Origin: an uncultured bacterium
GTDB lineage: Bacteria; Pseudomonadota; Alphaproteobacteria; SP197
NCBI GenBank assembly: GCA_938014945.1
Contig: CALLQH010000080.1
Location: 1-56,577 of the forward strand
DNA length: 56,577 bases
Reading direction: 5' to 3'
Shown here: piece by piece, positions 8,555 to 18,187 of the stretch
How the letters are laid out: every line of letters starts with the position of its first letter
Position numbering within the stretch: position 1 is the first letter of the stretch
Notes under the pieces: generated by a model
What the model was told of the DNA's origin: nothing
What the model saw: the letters and a program-made list of their open reading frames with translations, nothing else
Database searches by the model: none
Position numbers and translations under genes: made by a program

Positions 8555-9396
8555 GCCCCCTCTCCCGCCTGGGCAACCCAGGCATCGGCGACCTCGCTGC
8601 CGCGCGCGAACCAGACGCCGGGGAAGGTCTTGATCCAGGCGATGAACTCCCGCAGCAGGGCGATGCGCGAGGGCCGCCCGATGACCTGGGGATGCATCAC
8701 CAGGTCGAAGAGGCCGCCCCAGGCATAGATCTCGCGGAACTCGTCCTGCCAGATTTCCATGATGTGGCTGTTGGTGAAAACCGGACGCGGATTGCGGATC
8801 GAGAACAGCAGATAGATCGCGTCGTCCAGGCTCCAGTGCCAGGGCAACTCGATGACGCCCGGCGAGCCGTCCGGCAGCCGATGCCGGTAGGGGTTGATGT
8901 CGTCCATCATGGAGCTGTCGTAGAGGAAACCGCGGTCGGTCAGCAGGCGCACCATGTTGCCGCTGGTCTCGCCCGCGGGGGAGCGGTAGCCCTTCGGGGT
9001 CACCCCCACCGTCTTCGCCAGCGCCTCCAGACCCTTGTCGAGTTCGGCCTCCTCGGCGGCGGGGTCCTCGGGATCGATCCACTCGTGGAGATAGCTGTGG
9101 TGGCCGATCTCGTGGCCGCGCTCCAGGATCGCCTCGACGCGCCCGGTGTGGTTCTCGGCGGTCCAGCCGGGGACAAAGAAGGTCGCAGGAATACCCGCAT
9201 CCTCCAGCGTCTCCAGGATCTTCGGCACGCCGAGGTTGGCGCCGTACTTGCCCTGGCTGAGGGTGCCGGGGCGTTTCCAGTTCGCCTTGTCACGGCCGAT
9301 CCAGAGGGTCTCGGCATCGAAGTCGAAGCTCAGCATCACGGCGCAGCGGGCGCCGTTCGGCCACTTCACCTGCGTATCGACAATGGGAGTTGCCAC
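8551..9396 (-). CDS. Polysaccharide-deacetylase (NodB-fold) family hydrolase
   Basis: Motifs WPNGARCAVMLSFDFDAETLW and GHEIGHHSYLHEW. The GTG start at 9396 is preceded by GAGGAG. It is a paralogue of 55459..56343. Confidence 0.8.
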   Translation of the reverse strand: MATPIVDTQVKWPNGARCAVMLSFDFDAETLWIGRDKANWKRPGTLSQGKYGANLGVPKILETLEDAGIPATFFVPGWTAENHTGRVEAILERGHEIGHHSYLHEWIDPEDPAAEEAELDKGLEALAKTVGVTPKGYRSPAGETSGNMVRLLTDRGFLYDSSMMDDINPYRHRLPDGSPGVIELPWHWSLDDAIYLLFSIRNPRPVFTNSHIMEIWQDEFREIYAWGGLFDLVMHPQVIGRPSRIALLREFIAWIKTFPGVWFARGSEVADAWVAQAGEGA

Positions 9397-9409
9397 GTTC
9401 TTGTTCTCC

Positions 9410-10243
9410 TCAGGCGGCTTGCGCGGTTTCCTCGCGCGCCTCGGCCTCGCTGATGGCGATGGGCACGCGGCGCAGGGTGCGGCGTTCGGCGGGGTCGAAA
9501 TCGGTGCGGGCGTGCTGCAGGGCGATGTTGTTCCACAGCAGCACGTCGCCCGCCTTCCAGACATGGCGGTAGCCGATGGCGGGATCGGCGATGTAACCGG
9601 CCAGTTCCTCCATCAGCGCATCGGCCTCGTTGTCGGTAAGGCCGGAGATGGCGGCGGTGGTGTGCATGTGAGCAAACAGCACGCTGGCGCCACTCTCGGG
9701 CTCCTCGCGCACCAGAGGATGCCAGCAACGCGGCGCATCGGCCGGGGCGTCCTTTTCCAGGGTGCGGCGGTTGTAGTCGCCGCTGTAGTCGAAGAGCTGG
9801 AGCGAGGAGAGATCGGCGATGCGCGCCTTCAGCGTGGCGGGCAGATGCACGTAGGCGGCATGGGCATCGGCAAACAGCGTGTCGCCGCCCGAAGACGGCA
9901 CCTCGATGGCATGGAGGCAGATCGCCTTCAGGGGATGACGGAAGAAGGTGTGGTCGGAGTGGAAGTGCAGCACACCGCTGCCGAGGATGCCGTCGGGCCG
10001 GGCGTTGGAGACGTGGCTCGCATCGGCTTCCTTCATGAAGGCGCCACGGTGGGAGACCGGGCCGAACAGGTTGGCAAAACGCACCTGGGCCGCCTGGTCG
10101 AGATCCTGGCCGCGCAGAAGCAGCAGGCGGTGGGCGCGATAGGCCAGGCGCAACGCATCGGCGGTTGCCTCATCGATGGACCCGGCAAGGTCCACACCGA
10201 CAACCTCGACACCCAGTGCCGGCGAGAGCGGGCGCAATTCCAT
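9410..10243 (-). CDS. TauD/TfdA-family Fe(II)/2-oxoglutarate dioxygenase
   Basis: Motifs LGVEVVGVDL, LHFHSDHTFF (H-x-D) and NNIALQHARTDF. AGGAGA lies 5 nt before the ATG at 10243. Confidence 0.8.
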   Translation of the reverse strand: MELRPLSPALGVEVVGVDLAGSIDEATADALRLAYRAHRLLLLRGQDLDQAAQVRFANLFGPVSHRGAFMKEADASHVSNARPDGILGSGVLHFHSDHTFFRHPLKAICLHAIEVPSSGGDTLFADAHAAYVHLPATLKARIADLSSLQLFDYSGDYNRRTLEKDAPADAPRCWHPLVREEPESGASVLFAHMHTTAAISGLTDNEADALMEELAGYIADPAIGYRHVWKAGDVLLWNNIALQHARTDFDPAERRTLRRVPIAISEAEAREETAQAA

Positions 10244-10363
10244 CTGGTTCTCCTGCCGCATAGCGGAACCCGCGGTTGGCGCTTCTTGTACGTCTTGGCC
10301 CGGGCGGGCCTATGCTAGCGGCTTGTCAGCCCACCTGTCAGCCGAACAACGAGGACCCAGCCG

Positions 10364-11551
10364 ATGGATTTCACCTTCAGCCCGGAGCAGATGGCGCTTC
10401 AGGCGCGCGCCCGCGAATTCACCGAAAGACACCTGTTCCCGATCGAGCAGGAGGTGCAGGACAACGACGCGCTCTCGCCCGAGAGCCGCAAGTTCATCCG
10501 CGACGGTGTGCTGGCCTACGGATTCAACGCCGTGAACCACGACAAGGCCGACGGCGGCCAAGGCTACAGCCTGGTCGACCAGTGCCTGGTCTTCGAGGAG
10601 TTCGGCAAGGCGACCAACATGCTGGGCCTGTCGCCCTGGATGCCGGCGTACTGCCTGCGCTTCGGCACGGAGGCGCAGAAGGAGCAGTACCTGCGCCCGG
10701 CGATCCGCGGCGAGATCCGCGAGGCGTTCCTCGTCACCGAGCCGCAATCGGGCTCGGACGCCGGCGGCATCCTGACCAGCGCCGTCAAGGACGGCGACCA
10801 CTATGTCATCAACGGCCTGAAGTGTTTCTCCAGCGGCAGCGAGAGTGCGGACTACATGCTGCTCCACTGCAACGTCGACGGCGATCCGAAGAAGGCGACG
10901 CTCTTCATCCTGGACAAGGGCATGGCGGGCTTCGAGATCGTGAAGCGGCCCAAGGCGATGTACAACGGCCCCAGCCAGCACCCCTGGGTGCAGCTCACCG
11001 ACCTGCGGGTCCATGATTCGAAGATCCTTGGCGGCATCGGCCAGGGCTTCGAATTGACCAAGGACTGGTTCGTCGAGCAGCGCGCCAACATCTCGGCCCG
11101 CTGCGTGGGCGTCGCCGTGCGCTGCGCAGAACTGGCCGCAGCCTACGCCGAGGAGCGCAAGGCCTTCGGCCGCAGGATCGCGGAGTTCCAGGGCATCGAG
11201 TGGAAGCTTGCCGAGATGGCGGTGGAGATCATGGCGGCCAAGGCCCTGCTCTATCGCTGCGCCAGCGAATACGACGCCGGCCTCGACCGCAAGGCAGCCC
11301 ACGCGCGCATGAGCGCGCTGAAGCTGTTCTGTTCGGAGATGGCCTGGCGTATCGCCGACCAGGCGATCCAGATCCAGGGCGGCCACGGCTACATGATGGA
11401 TAATCCCGCCGCGCGCCACTACACCAGCGTGCGTGCCGAGCGCATCGTGGAGGGCACCAGCGAGGTGCAGAAGGTGATCATCGGCGGCCAGATCAGGAAG
11501 CGCGGCATGCAGGTCTACACAGGTCTCATGCAGACGCCCGGGGGCGCATGA
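10364..11551 (+). CDS. Acyl-CoA dehydrogenase
   Basis: Motifs AFLVTEPQSGSDAG, QIQGGHGYMMDNP and ERIVEGTSEVQKVIIG. The stop overlaps the next start as ATGA. Confidence 0.9.
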   Translation: MDFTFSPEQMALQARAREFTERHLFPIEQEVQDNDALSPESRKFIRDGVLAYGFNAVNHDKADGGQGYSLVDQCLVFEEFGKATNMLGLSPWMPAYCLRFGTEAQKEQYLRPAIRGEIREAFLVTEPQSGSDAGGILTSAVKDGDHYVINGLKCFSSGSESADYMLLHCNVDGDPKKATLFILDKGMAGFEIVKRPKAMYNGPSQHPWVQLTDLRVHDSKILGGIGQGFELTKDWFVEQRANISARCVGVAVRCAELAAAYAEERKAFGRRIAEFQGIEWKLAEMAVEIMAAKALLYRCASEYDAGLDRKAAHARMSALKLFCSEMAWRIADQAIQIQGGHGYMMDNPAARHYTSVRAERIVEGTSEVQKVIIGGQIRKRGMQVYTGLMQTPGGA

Positions 11552-13677
11552 ACGAGGAGGCCCGCAGGGAGAACCTGCGCCGCCTGCTGCGCCCGCGCCA
11601 TATCGCCATGGTCGGTGGGCGCGCGATCGAGAATGCCATCGGCCATGCCCGCGCCATCGGGTTCGAGGGCGAACTCTGGCCGGTACATCCCACACGGGAG
11701 AGCGTCGCGGGACTGCGCTGCTACCCCGATGTGGCGAGCCTGCCGCAGGCGCCGGACGCGGCCTTTCTGGCGACCCCTGCGGCAACCACCGTGGAGATCG
11801 TGCGCGCCCTTTCGCAGAAGGGGGCGGGTGGCGCGGTGTGTTTCGCCTCAGGCTTTGCCGAGACCGGCGCGGATGGCGCCGCCCTGCAGGCAACCCTGGC
11901 GCAGGCCGCGGGCGACATGGCGATGCTGGGACCCAACTGCACGGGGTTCTCCAACTACCTGGACCGCGTGGCGGTGAGCCTGGGCAGCCTGACGCCCCTG
12001 CCGCCGCTGGCGCGCGGGCCCGCCTTTGTCGCCCAGAGCGGCAGCGTCGGCCTCAACGCCAGCCGGGCGCGCCGCTCGCTGGACTTCACCTATGTCATGA
12101 GCATCGGCAACCAGGCGGTGACCGACATGGCCGATCTGATCGGCGTGCTTGCCGAGGACGATCGGGTCACGGCCATCGCGCTCTACATCGAGAGCCTGAA
12201 GCGGCCTGCCGCCTTCCTGGAGGCGGTCAACAGCGCGCGCGCGGCGGGCAAGCCGGTGTTCGTGCTCAAGGCCGGGCGCCATGCCCTTTCGGCGCGCATG
12301 GCGCAGTCCCACACCGCCGCGATGCTGGCCGACGACACGCTTTACGATGCGCTCCGTGCGCGCGCCGGTGCGGTACGGGTGCGCAGCCTGACGGTGCTGA
12401 TCGAAACCCTGAAGCTTGTCTCCATCGGCGGCGCGCCACGCGGCAGGAGGCTGGCCGTGCTCACGTGCTCGGGCGCGGACTCGACCCTTTCGGCCGATGC
12501 CGCGCTGGACGCTGGTTTCGAGCTTCCTGCGCCAGGACCGCAGGCGCACGAGGCCATCGCAGCCCTGCTGCCGCCTTTCGGCACGCCCAACAACCCGCTC
12601 GACTACCACACGCAGATGTGGGGCGATGTCGCGGCCCAGGCGCAGGTCATCGAGGCCATGCTCGCCGACGGCCACGACGCGGCGACCCTGGTGATGAACT
12701 TTCCGGTGGTCGCCGACCCCGACGCCTCGCCTGCCTACCGCGACTGGCGGGCCGCGGTCGATGCGGCGCTGGCCGCCGATACGGGAGACGTCCCCTTCAG
12801 CGTGATCTTCAGCCTGCCCGAGGGCGTGCCCGACGACGAGCGCGAGCGACTGGCACAAGCCGGGATCGCGCCGCTGCAGGGTTTCGACGACGCCTTCCTC
12901 GCACTCGCTGCAGCGCGCGACGGTATGGCGAGCCTTACCGCACCGCCGTCCCTTGCGCTCGCGACCGCCCCGGCGGCAACCGGCGCGCGGCAAACGCACG
13001 ATGAATGGGCCAGCAAGCAATGGCTGGCGAGTCTGGATGTGCGTCTGCCGACGGGTCGCTGCGTGGCGCCGGGCGATGCGGCCGGGGCCGCAGAGGCGCT
13101 GGGCTTTCCCGTGGTGCTGAAGGCGGTGAGCGCCGACCTGCCCCACAAGAGCGAAGCGGGTGCCGTGGTGCTGGGGCTGGAGAGTGTTGCGGCTGTGGAA
13201 CAGGCAGTCACGGACATGACCGCGCGGCTTCGCAGCGGCGCAACACCGGTCGCTCTCGACCGTGTGCTGGTGGAGACGATGGCGCCCCGCCCGGTGGCCG
13301 AACTGATCGTGGGCGTGACGCGCGATCCCCACTTCGGTCCGGTGCTCGCCATCGGCGCAGGCGGCGTGCTCGCCGAACTGCTGGGCGACGTGGCCACGCT
13401 GCTGCTGCCGGCGGACAGGGACGCCATCGCAAGGGCGCTCTCCGGCCTCAAGGTCATGCGCCTGCTGGAAGGTTTCAGGGGTGGTTCACGCGGCGACATC
13501 GAGGCCGCGAGCGAAGCCATCGCGGCGATCGCCGCGGGTGCGGCCGCTTTGCCGGAGTTGGTGGAGCTCGACGTCAATCCCCTGTTCGTACTGCCCCGCG
13601 GCCAGGGCGTCATTGCGGTTGACGCCCTGATGGTGACCATTGAAGAGACCATCCCCTCGAACGGGAGTGCCCGATGA
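11548..13677 (+). CDS. ADP/NDP-forming acyl-CoA synthetase (acetate--CoA ligase family: CoA-binding + ligase-CoA + ATP-grasp)
   Basis: N-terminal CoA-binding domain (LLRPRHIAMVGGR...), phosphohistidine-loop-like AQSHTAAMLAD, and a C-terminal ATP-grasp domain (GFPVVLKAVSADLPHKSEAGAV). This is paralogue 1 of 3. Confidence 0.85.
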   Translation: MNEEARRENLRRLLRPRHIAMVGGRAIENAIGHARAIGFEGELWPVHPTRESVAGLRCYPDVASLPQAPDAAFLATPAATTVEIVRALSQKGAGGAVCFASGFAETGADGAALQATLAQAAGDMAMLGPNCTGFSNYLDRVAVSLGSLTPLPPLARGPAFVAQSGSVGLNASRARRSLDFTYVMSIGNQAVTDMADLIGVLAEDDRVTAIALYIESLKRPAAFLEAVNSARAAGKPVFVLKAGRHALSARMAQSHTAAMLADDTLYDALRARAGAVRVRSLTVLIETLKLVSIGGAPRGRRLAVLTCSGADSTLSADAALDAGFELPAPGPQAHEAIAALLPPFGTPNNPLDYHTQMWGDVAAQAQVIEAMLADGHDAATLVMNFPVVADPDASPAYRDWRAAVDAALAADTGDVPFSVIFSLPEGVPDDERERLAQAGIAPLQGFDDAFLALAAARDGMASLTAPPSLALATAPAATGARQTHDEWASKQWLASLDVRLPTGRCVAPGDAAGAAEALGFPVVLKAVSADLPHKSEAGAVVLGLESVAAVEQAVTDMTARLRSGATPVALDRVLVETMAPRPVAELIVGVTRDPHFGPVLAIGAGGVLAELLGDVATLLLPADRDAIARALSGLKVMRLLEGFRGGSRGDIEAASEAIAAIAAGAAALPELVELDVNPLFVLPRGQGVIAVDALMVTIEETIPSNGSAR

Positions 13678-14444
13678 CAGAGTTCGTTGCCAGCAGGATT
13701 CGCGAAGGCGTTCTGGAGATCCGCCTCAACCGGCCAGAGAAGAAGAACGCCCTCAATCCCGAGATGTACGCCGCCGTCGCGGATGCCCTGCGCAGCGCCG
13801 ACGAGGACCCCGCCGTGCGCGTGGCATGGATCACCGGCAGCGGCGATTCCTTTTCCAGCGGCAACGACGTCTCGAGCTTCGTCGACGGTTCGCGCAGGCC
13901 CGGCGAACACCCGCCCGCCCATGACTTCCTGATCGCGCTGGCGACCATGGCCACGCCGCTTGTCGCGGCGGTCAACGGCATGGCGGTGGGCGTGGGCGCG
14001 ACCATGCTGCTCCACTGCGACATGGTCCATGCCTCAGGCTCGGCCACCTTCCGCTTTCCCTTCGTCGACCTGGGCGTCTTTCCCGAGGCGGCATCGACCG
14101 TGATCCTGCCGCGCATCGCAGGTCACCAGCGGGCGATGGAGATGTTCCTGCTGGGCGAGAGGTTCGATGCCGAAACCGCCCGTGAGGCCGGCATGGTCAA
14201 CCGGATCTTCGAGGACTCCGCCCTGGAGGAGGAAAGTCTCGCTGTCGCGCGCCGCCTGGCCGCAAAGCCGGCAAGCGCCCTGCGCGAGACCAAGGCGCGC
14301 GTACGCGCCGCGGGGCCCGACCTCGCCGCCATCATCAACGAGGAACTCGCGGCCTTCGGCGACATGGTGCGCTCGCCCGAGGCGCAGGAGGCCTTCAACG
14401 CCTTCCTGGAGAAGCGCAAGCCCGACTTTTCCCGCTTCGACTGA
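13674..14444 (+). CDS. Enoyl-CoA hydratase/isomerase (crotonase) family
   Basis: Motifs LNRPEKKNALN, ITGSGDSFSSGNDV and AVNGMAVGVGATMLLHCD. The ATGA overlap with the upstream gene indicates translational coupling. Confidence 0.9.
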   Translation: MTEFVASRIREGVLEIRLNRPEKKNALNPEMYAAVADALRSADEDPAVRVAWITGSGDSFSSGNDVSSFVDGSRRPGEHPPAHDFLIALATMATPLVAAVNGMAVGVGATMLLHCDMVHASGSATFRFPFVDLGVFPEAASTVILPRIAGHQRAMEMFLLGERFDAETAREAGMVNRIFEDSALEEESLAVARRLAAKPASALRETKARVRAAGPDLAAIINEELAAFGDMVRSPEAQEAFNAFLEKRKPDFSRFD

Positions 14445-14548
14445 GGCCGGATCGGGCGGAACCTGATTTCGCGCTGCGAAACTTCCGCCCGCACCGCATG
14501 GACGGTGACATCGCCGCCTGCTCCAATGGAGTACCAGAGGAGGCGAGC

Positions 14549-15388
14549 GTGACGATCACACTCTACGAAGGTCCGCTGGAGGATTTCGAAACCACGGCGC
14601 GCAACGACCGCCAGTTCGTCGTTGCCCTGGCCCGGGGTCTGGAAATCCTGCGCGTGTTCATGCCGGGCGAGACGGTGCTTTCCAACAGCCAGATCGCCGG
14701 CCGCACCGGCCTGCCCAAGGCCACGGTCTCGCGCCTGACCCATACCCTGACGACACTGGGCTACCTCGCCCACGACGCCCATGCGCGTGCCTACCGGCTG
14801 GGCGATGCGGTCGTCGGCCTGGGCCATGGCGTGCTTTCGGGCCTGGATATCTGCCGCCGGGCGCGCCCGGCCATGGATGCGCTGGCCCAGGAGACCGGCA
14901 TGGAGATTTCCCTGTCGCGGCGCGACCGCCTCTCCATGGTGGTGATCGAACGGGTCGCCCTGCCCGGCAGTCGGACCTATTGCGTCGCCGTCGGCTCGCG
15001 CATTCCCGTGGCGGCGACAGCCACGGGCCGGGCCTATCTCAGCGCCATCGCGCCCACGGACCGTGACTACCTGCTGGACCTGCTGGGCGAGCGCGCGCCC
15101 GATCATCTGGCGGCGATGCGCGCCGGTCTGGACCTCGCGCAGGAAGACTATGCCCGCGACGGCTTCTGCGTTTCCGTGGGCGAATGGGACAGCACGGTGA
15201 CCGCCGTTGCCGTGCCCATCTTCTCGCCGAATCGCGAGGTCGAGGCGGTGATGGCCGGCGGCATCCCGAGCCGTTTCATGACCGAACAGCGCCTGCGCGC
15301 AATGGCCGGCCCGGCCTTCGTCCACGCAGCGGCGCGGATTTCCGAGACCATGGGGCTGGCCGGCAGCGCTGCGCGGGGCGCAGCCTGA
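14549..15388 (+). CDS. IclR-family transcriptional regulator
   Basis: wHTH region (ALARGLEILRVF...LSNSQIAGRTGLPKATVSRLTHTL) plus a C-terminal IclR effector domain. The GTG start at 14549 follows GGAGGAGG. Confidence 0.85.
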   Translation: MTITLYEGPLEDFETTARNDRQFVVALARGLEILRVFMPGETVLSNSQIAGRTGLPKATVSRLTHTLTTLGYLAHDAHARAYRLGDAVVGLGHGVLSGLDICRRARPAMDALAQETGMEISLSRRDRLSMVVIERVALPGSRTYCVAVGSRIPVAATATGRAYLSAIAPTDRDYLLDLLGERAPDHLAAMRAGLDLAQEDYARDGFCVSVGEWDSTVTAVAVPIFSPNREVEAVMAGGIPSRFMTEQRLRAMAGPAFVHAAARISETMGLAGSAARGAA

Positions 15389-15457
15389 CCACATCCGGGG
15401 GTTGCAGGCTTCCAATCCTCGTCTAGTCTGGTGCTGGACAGCTTGGGGGGAAGCACC

Positions 15458-15994
15458 ATGAAACAGACGATCTACGCCATCGCGCTGGCACTGCTGGTCG
15501 CCGCCTGCGCCCAGCCGGCGCGCACCAGCCAGATGATCTATCACGCCGATGCCGCGCAACTGGCCGAGGTGCCCGAAACGGTGCGCAACGGCCTCACCAT
15601 CGCGGCGGTGGACGGCGGCAAGGAGACGGACCCGCTGTGGATGTCCGAAGTGGGCAACACGGAGTTCCGCCAGGCACTGACCGTGACGCTGCAGGAATGG
15701 CAGCTTCATGCCTTCGAGAGCGATGCACCCTACGCCCTGACCGCGACCCTGCTGGAGCTGGAGCAGCCTCTTGCGGGCTTCGACATCACCGTGACCTGCC
15801 GGGCCAACTATCTGGTGATACGCCGGTCCGACAATGCGGAGGTCTTCAACGAAACCATCGTGACGCCCTACACGGCCGACTTCTCCGACGCCTTCATGGC
15901 GGTGGAACGCCTGCGCATGGCCAACGAGGGCGCGGCCCGCACCAACATCGAGGCCTTCGTCCGCCAGTTCCTGGGTGTTGCCGAAACTCTGTGA
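15458..15994 (+). CDS. Hypothetical lipoprotein
   Basis: MKQTIYAIALALLVAACAQ contains a lipobox (L-V-A-A-C). GGGGGAAG lies upstream. I recognised no family. Confidence 0.6.
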   Translation: MKQTIYAIALALLVAACAQPARTSQMIYHADAAQLAEVPETVRNGLTIAAVDGGKETDPLWMSEVGNTEFRQALTVTLQEWQLHAFESDAPYALTATLLELEQPLAGFDITVTCRANYLVIRRSDNAEVFNETIVTPYTADFSDAFMAVERLRMANEGAARTNIEAFVRQFLGVAETL

Positions 15995-16000
15995 GCCGTC

Positions 16001-16801
16001 TCAACCCGCCGGTTTGTCCGCGCGGATGTGGACATGGAGCAGGCCGCGACGCTCCAGCGCCAGGGCGCGCATCTCCGAGGTCTTGATGCGGGTCTTGAAG
16101 TAGTCCTCTCCCAGACGGTCGCGGATCGGACCGCAGTCGGGGCCGGTGACCAGATCGTATTCGCGGCGCGCCACGGCGGCCGAATTGGCAGTGTGGTCGA
16201 AGACGGCCGGAGACTTGAAGCCGGCAGCGGCCAGCGCCGCCTCATAGACGTTCCAGCGTTCGTAGTGGAACGAAAGGCCGTAGGTCTTCAGCACCTCGAC
16301 CCAGGCATCGAACAGGGCGATGCCGTCGGGATCGGCCGCATCGGGCTTGTTCTCCACAAAGTCGGCGCAGATCAGGCGGCCCCCGGGGCGCAGCAGGCGC
16401 GCCATCTCGGCAAAGGCCGCGGCCTTGTCATCGATGTGGCAGACGACGTCCTTGGTGAAGACGATGTCGGCGCAGCCGTCCGGCAGGGGCAACGGGCCGG
16501 GGCTGACCTGCAGGGTCTCGACACGGTCGCCCAGCCCCGCCGCCTGGGCGGCGGCGCGGGTACGTTCCAGCGAATCCGGTTCGACATCGACGGCGATGAC
16601 GCGGGCCGCCTCGTACTTGCCCGCCAGCATCAGCGTGCCGCCGCCGATGCCGCAGCCAAGATCGACGACGGTCCTGCCCGCGACCTCTTCGCCCTCGAGC
16701 ATCTCGTCGACTTCCGGCGCGCCGCCTGGCGAGAGGAAACCCTCGCCGAAGAGCATCTGCATGCCCTGGATGACGCGCTCGCTGTACTGGCTGTTGGCCA
16801 T
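16001..16801 (-). CDS. Class I SAM-dependent methyltransferase
   Basis: Motif I VVDLGCGIGGGTLML, plus CADIVFTKDVVCHI and LRPGGRL. Confidence 0.85.
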   Translation of the reverse strand: MANSQYSERVIQGMQMLFGEGFLSPGGAPEVDEMLEGEEVAGRTVVDLGCGIGGGTLMLAGKYEAARVIAVDVEPDSLERTRAAAQAAGLGDRVETLQVSPGPLPLPDGCADIVFTKDVVCHIDDKAAAFAEMARLLRPGGRLICADFVENKPDAADPDGIALFDAWVEVLKTYGLSFHYERWNVYEAALAAAGFKSPAVFDHTANSAAVARREYDLVTGPDCGPIRDRLGEDYFKTRIKTSEMRALALERRGLLHVHIRADKPAG

Positions 16802-16898
16802 GGGTCTTCCGCCTTCCTGATCCGATCTTGTCGGACAACTCTAGCCCCAGCCGGAGCGGCGGAGCCAGAAGGAAGGGATCGGTGTCCCCGGCGCGCGC

Positions 16899-17999
16899 TC
16901 AGGCGTCGAGGCGGTACTCGGTATAGGCGATGGTGCCCTCGTAGGGCGCGCGGGCGATCCACATGACGCGATCGGTTGTGTCCATGATCACCGTGGCCAC
17001 CGTGGAGTGCAGCTCCTCGCCGCTGGAATCGTCCGAACCGGGCGCCGCGAGCACGCCCGAGGGCCAGCCCCACTTGTCGGAGAAGGCATCCTGCAGATCA
17101 CTGACCGTCAGGCTGCCGCCGCCCTGGCGCAGCCGCCGCTCCACGCGGCTGTCGCGGTAGATCGAGCTTGGCGAACTGGAGAGCCCGGTGTCGACCACCC
17201 GCGCACGCGCCGCGGCGGTGCGGAAATGGTTGGCGTGCACCAGCAAACCCTGCTCGGGCTTCTCCCAGAAGATCTCCTGGGGCGTCGTCTCCAGATCGAT
17301 CGCCTCGCCGTCGGCGTGGGAGATCATCAGGTTGTTGGCGAAGGAACGGCGCGCCTTGTAAACGACGCCGACGGCCTGGGCGAAGGTCTCGGCCTCCAGG
17401 ATCTTGCGGCGCATCAGGGGCAGCGGCACGGCGTGTTCGGCCGGAAGCTGGTCGCAGGACAGGAAGTTGCCCGTGACGGCGATGCCCCTGCTGTTCATCC
17501 CAGCGCGCGCCACGATGCCCGCCTCGACGAAGATCAGCAGACGCTCGCCGTTCTCGCGCTCCAGGCGCATGACGATGGCGGAGTCCTTGCAGGCATCGAG
17601 CCAGTCCCAGTTCTGGCCGTGCAGCAGGTGCCCGTTGGCCGTGGCGTCGGGCGTGAGGATGGCGCCGGTGCAGCCGTCGGGTGCCGGATCGCTGCGCAGG
17701 GATCGGTCGTAGAGCAGTTCGGTGCGGGCATTGAGCGCGACGATGTCCTCCACCGCGCGCTCGGCGCCCTCCGCGATGCCCCGGATCTCCGCCGTGATCC
17801 CGGCGTCATAGGCTTCCAGGCGCGGCAGGTAACGCCCGGCAATGGCGCGCACCTGCGCCCAGTCCAGGCCGCGCTGCTGCAGCAACCGGTCGTAGATCGC
17901 GATGCTGGTGGCGAGCCGGTCACCGATCTGGCGGCCGATCTGGCGGCCGCGTTCCAGCGGCGGACCGGCCGCCTCGATCACGGGAAAGCTGCCGGTCAT
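16899..17999 (-). CDS. Peptidase C45 / acyl-CoA:6-aminopenicillanic-acid acyltransferase-family Ntn hydrolase
   Basis: PAPDGCTGAILTPDATANGHLLHGQNWDW, a G-C self-processing site with the QNWDW motif. Start MTGSFPVIEAAG is at 17999. Confidence 0.75.
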   Translation of the reverse strand: MTGSFPVIEAAGPPLERGRQIGRQIGDRLATSIAIYDRLLQQRGLDWAQVRAIAGRYLPRLEAYDAGITAEIRGIAEGAERAVEDIVALNARTELLYDRSLRSDPAPDGCTGAILTPDATANGHLLHGQNWDWLDACKDSAIVMRLERENGERLLIFVEAGIVARAGMNSRGIAVTGNFLSCDQLPAEHAVPLPLMRRKILEAETFAQAVGVVYKARRSFANNLMISHADGEAIDLETTPQEIFWEKPEQGLLVHANHFRTAAARARVVDTGLSSSPSSIYRDSRVERRLRQGGGSLTVSDLQDAFSDKWGWPSGVLAAPGSDDSSGEELHSTVATVIMDTTDRVMWIARAPYEGTIAYTEYRLDA

Positions 18000-18187
18000 G
18001 GCCGGACCCTCGACAAGAAAATCATCGTCATCGCAAGCCTGCCTGCATCTGCTTCGAAGGGCTGCGCCGATGCACCCGGGCGCGCTGCACTGTAACACGG
18101 CATGACGAGGCGCCGGCACCATCGTACGGGTGCCCGGAACACGACATTTGAGTCTAGAGTAACGCCCGGACGGCAGGAGAGCGGGCG

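Noticed and set aside
18115-18134. Dyad GGCACC-N8-GGTGCC upstream of ureAB, considered as an NtrC-type site.
   Set aside because: The arm spacing does not match the NtrC consensus as I remember it (GCAC-N7-GTGC), and there is no accompanying sigma-54 promoter. I keep it only as an unexplained dyad.
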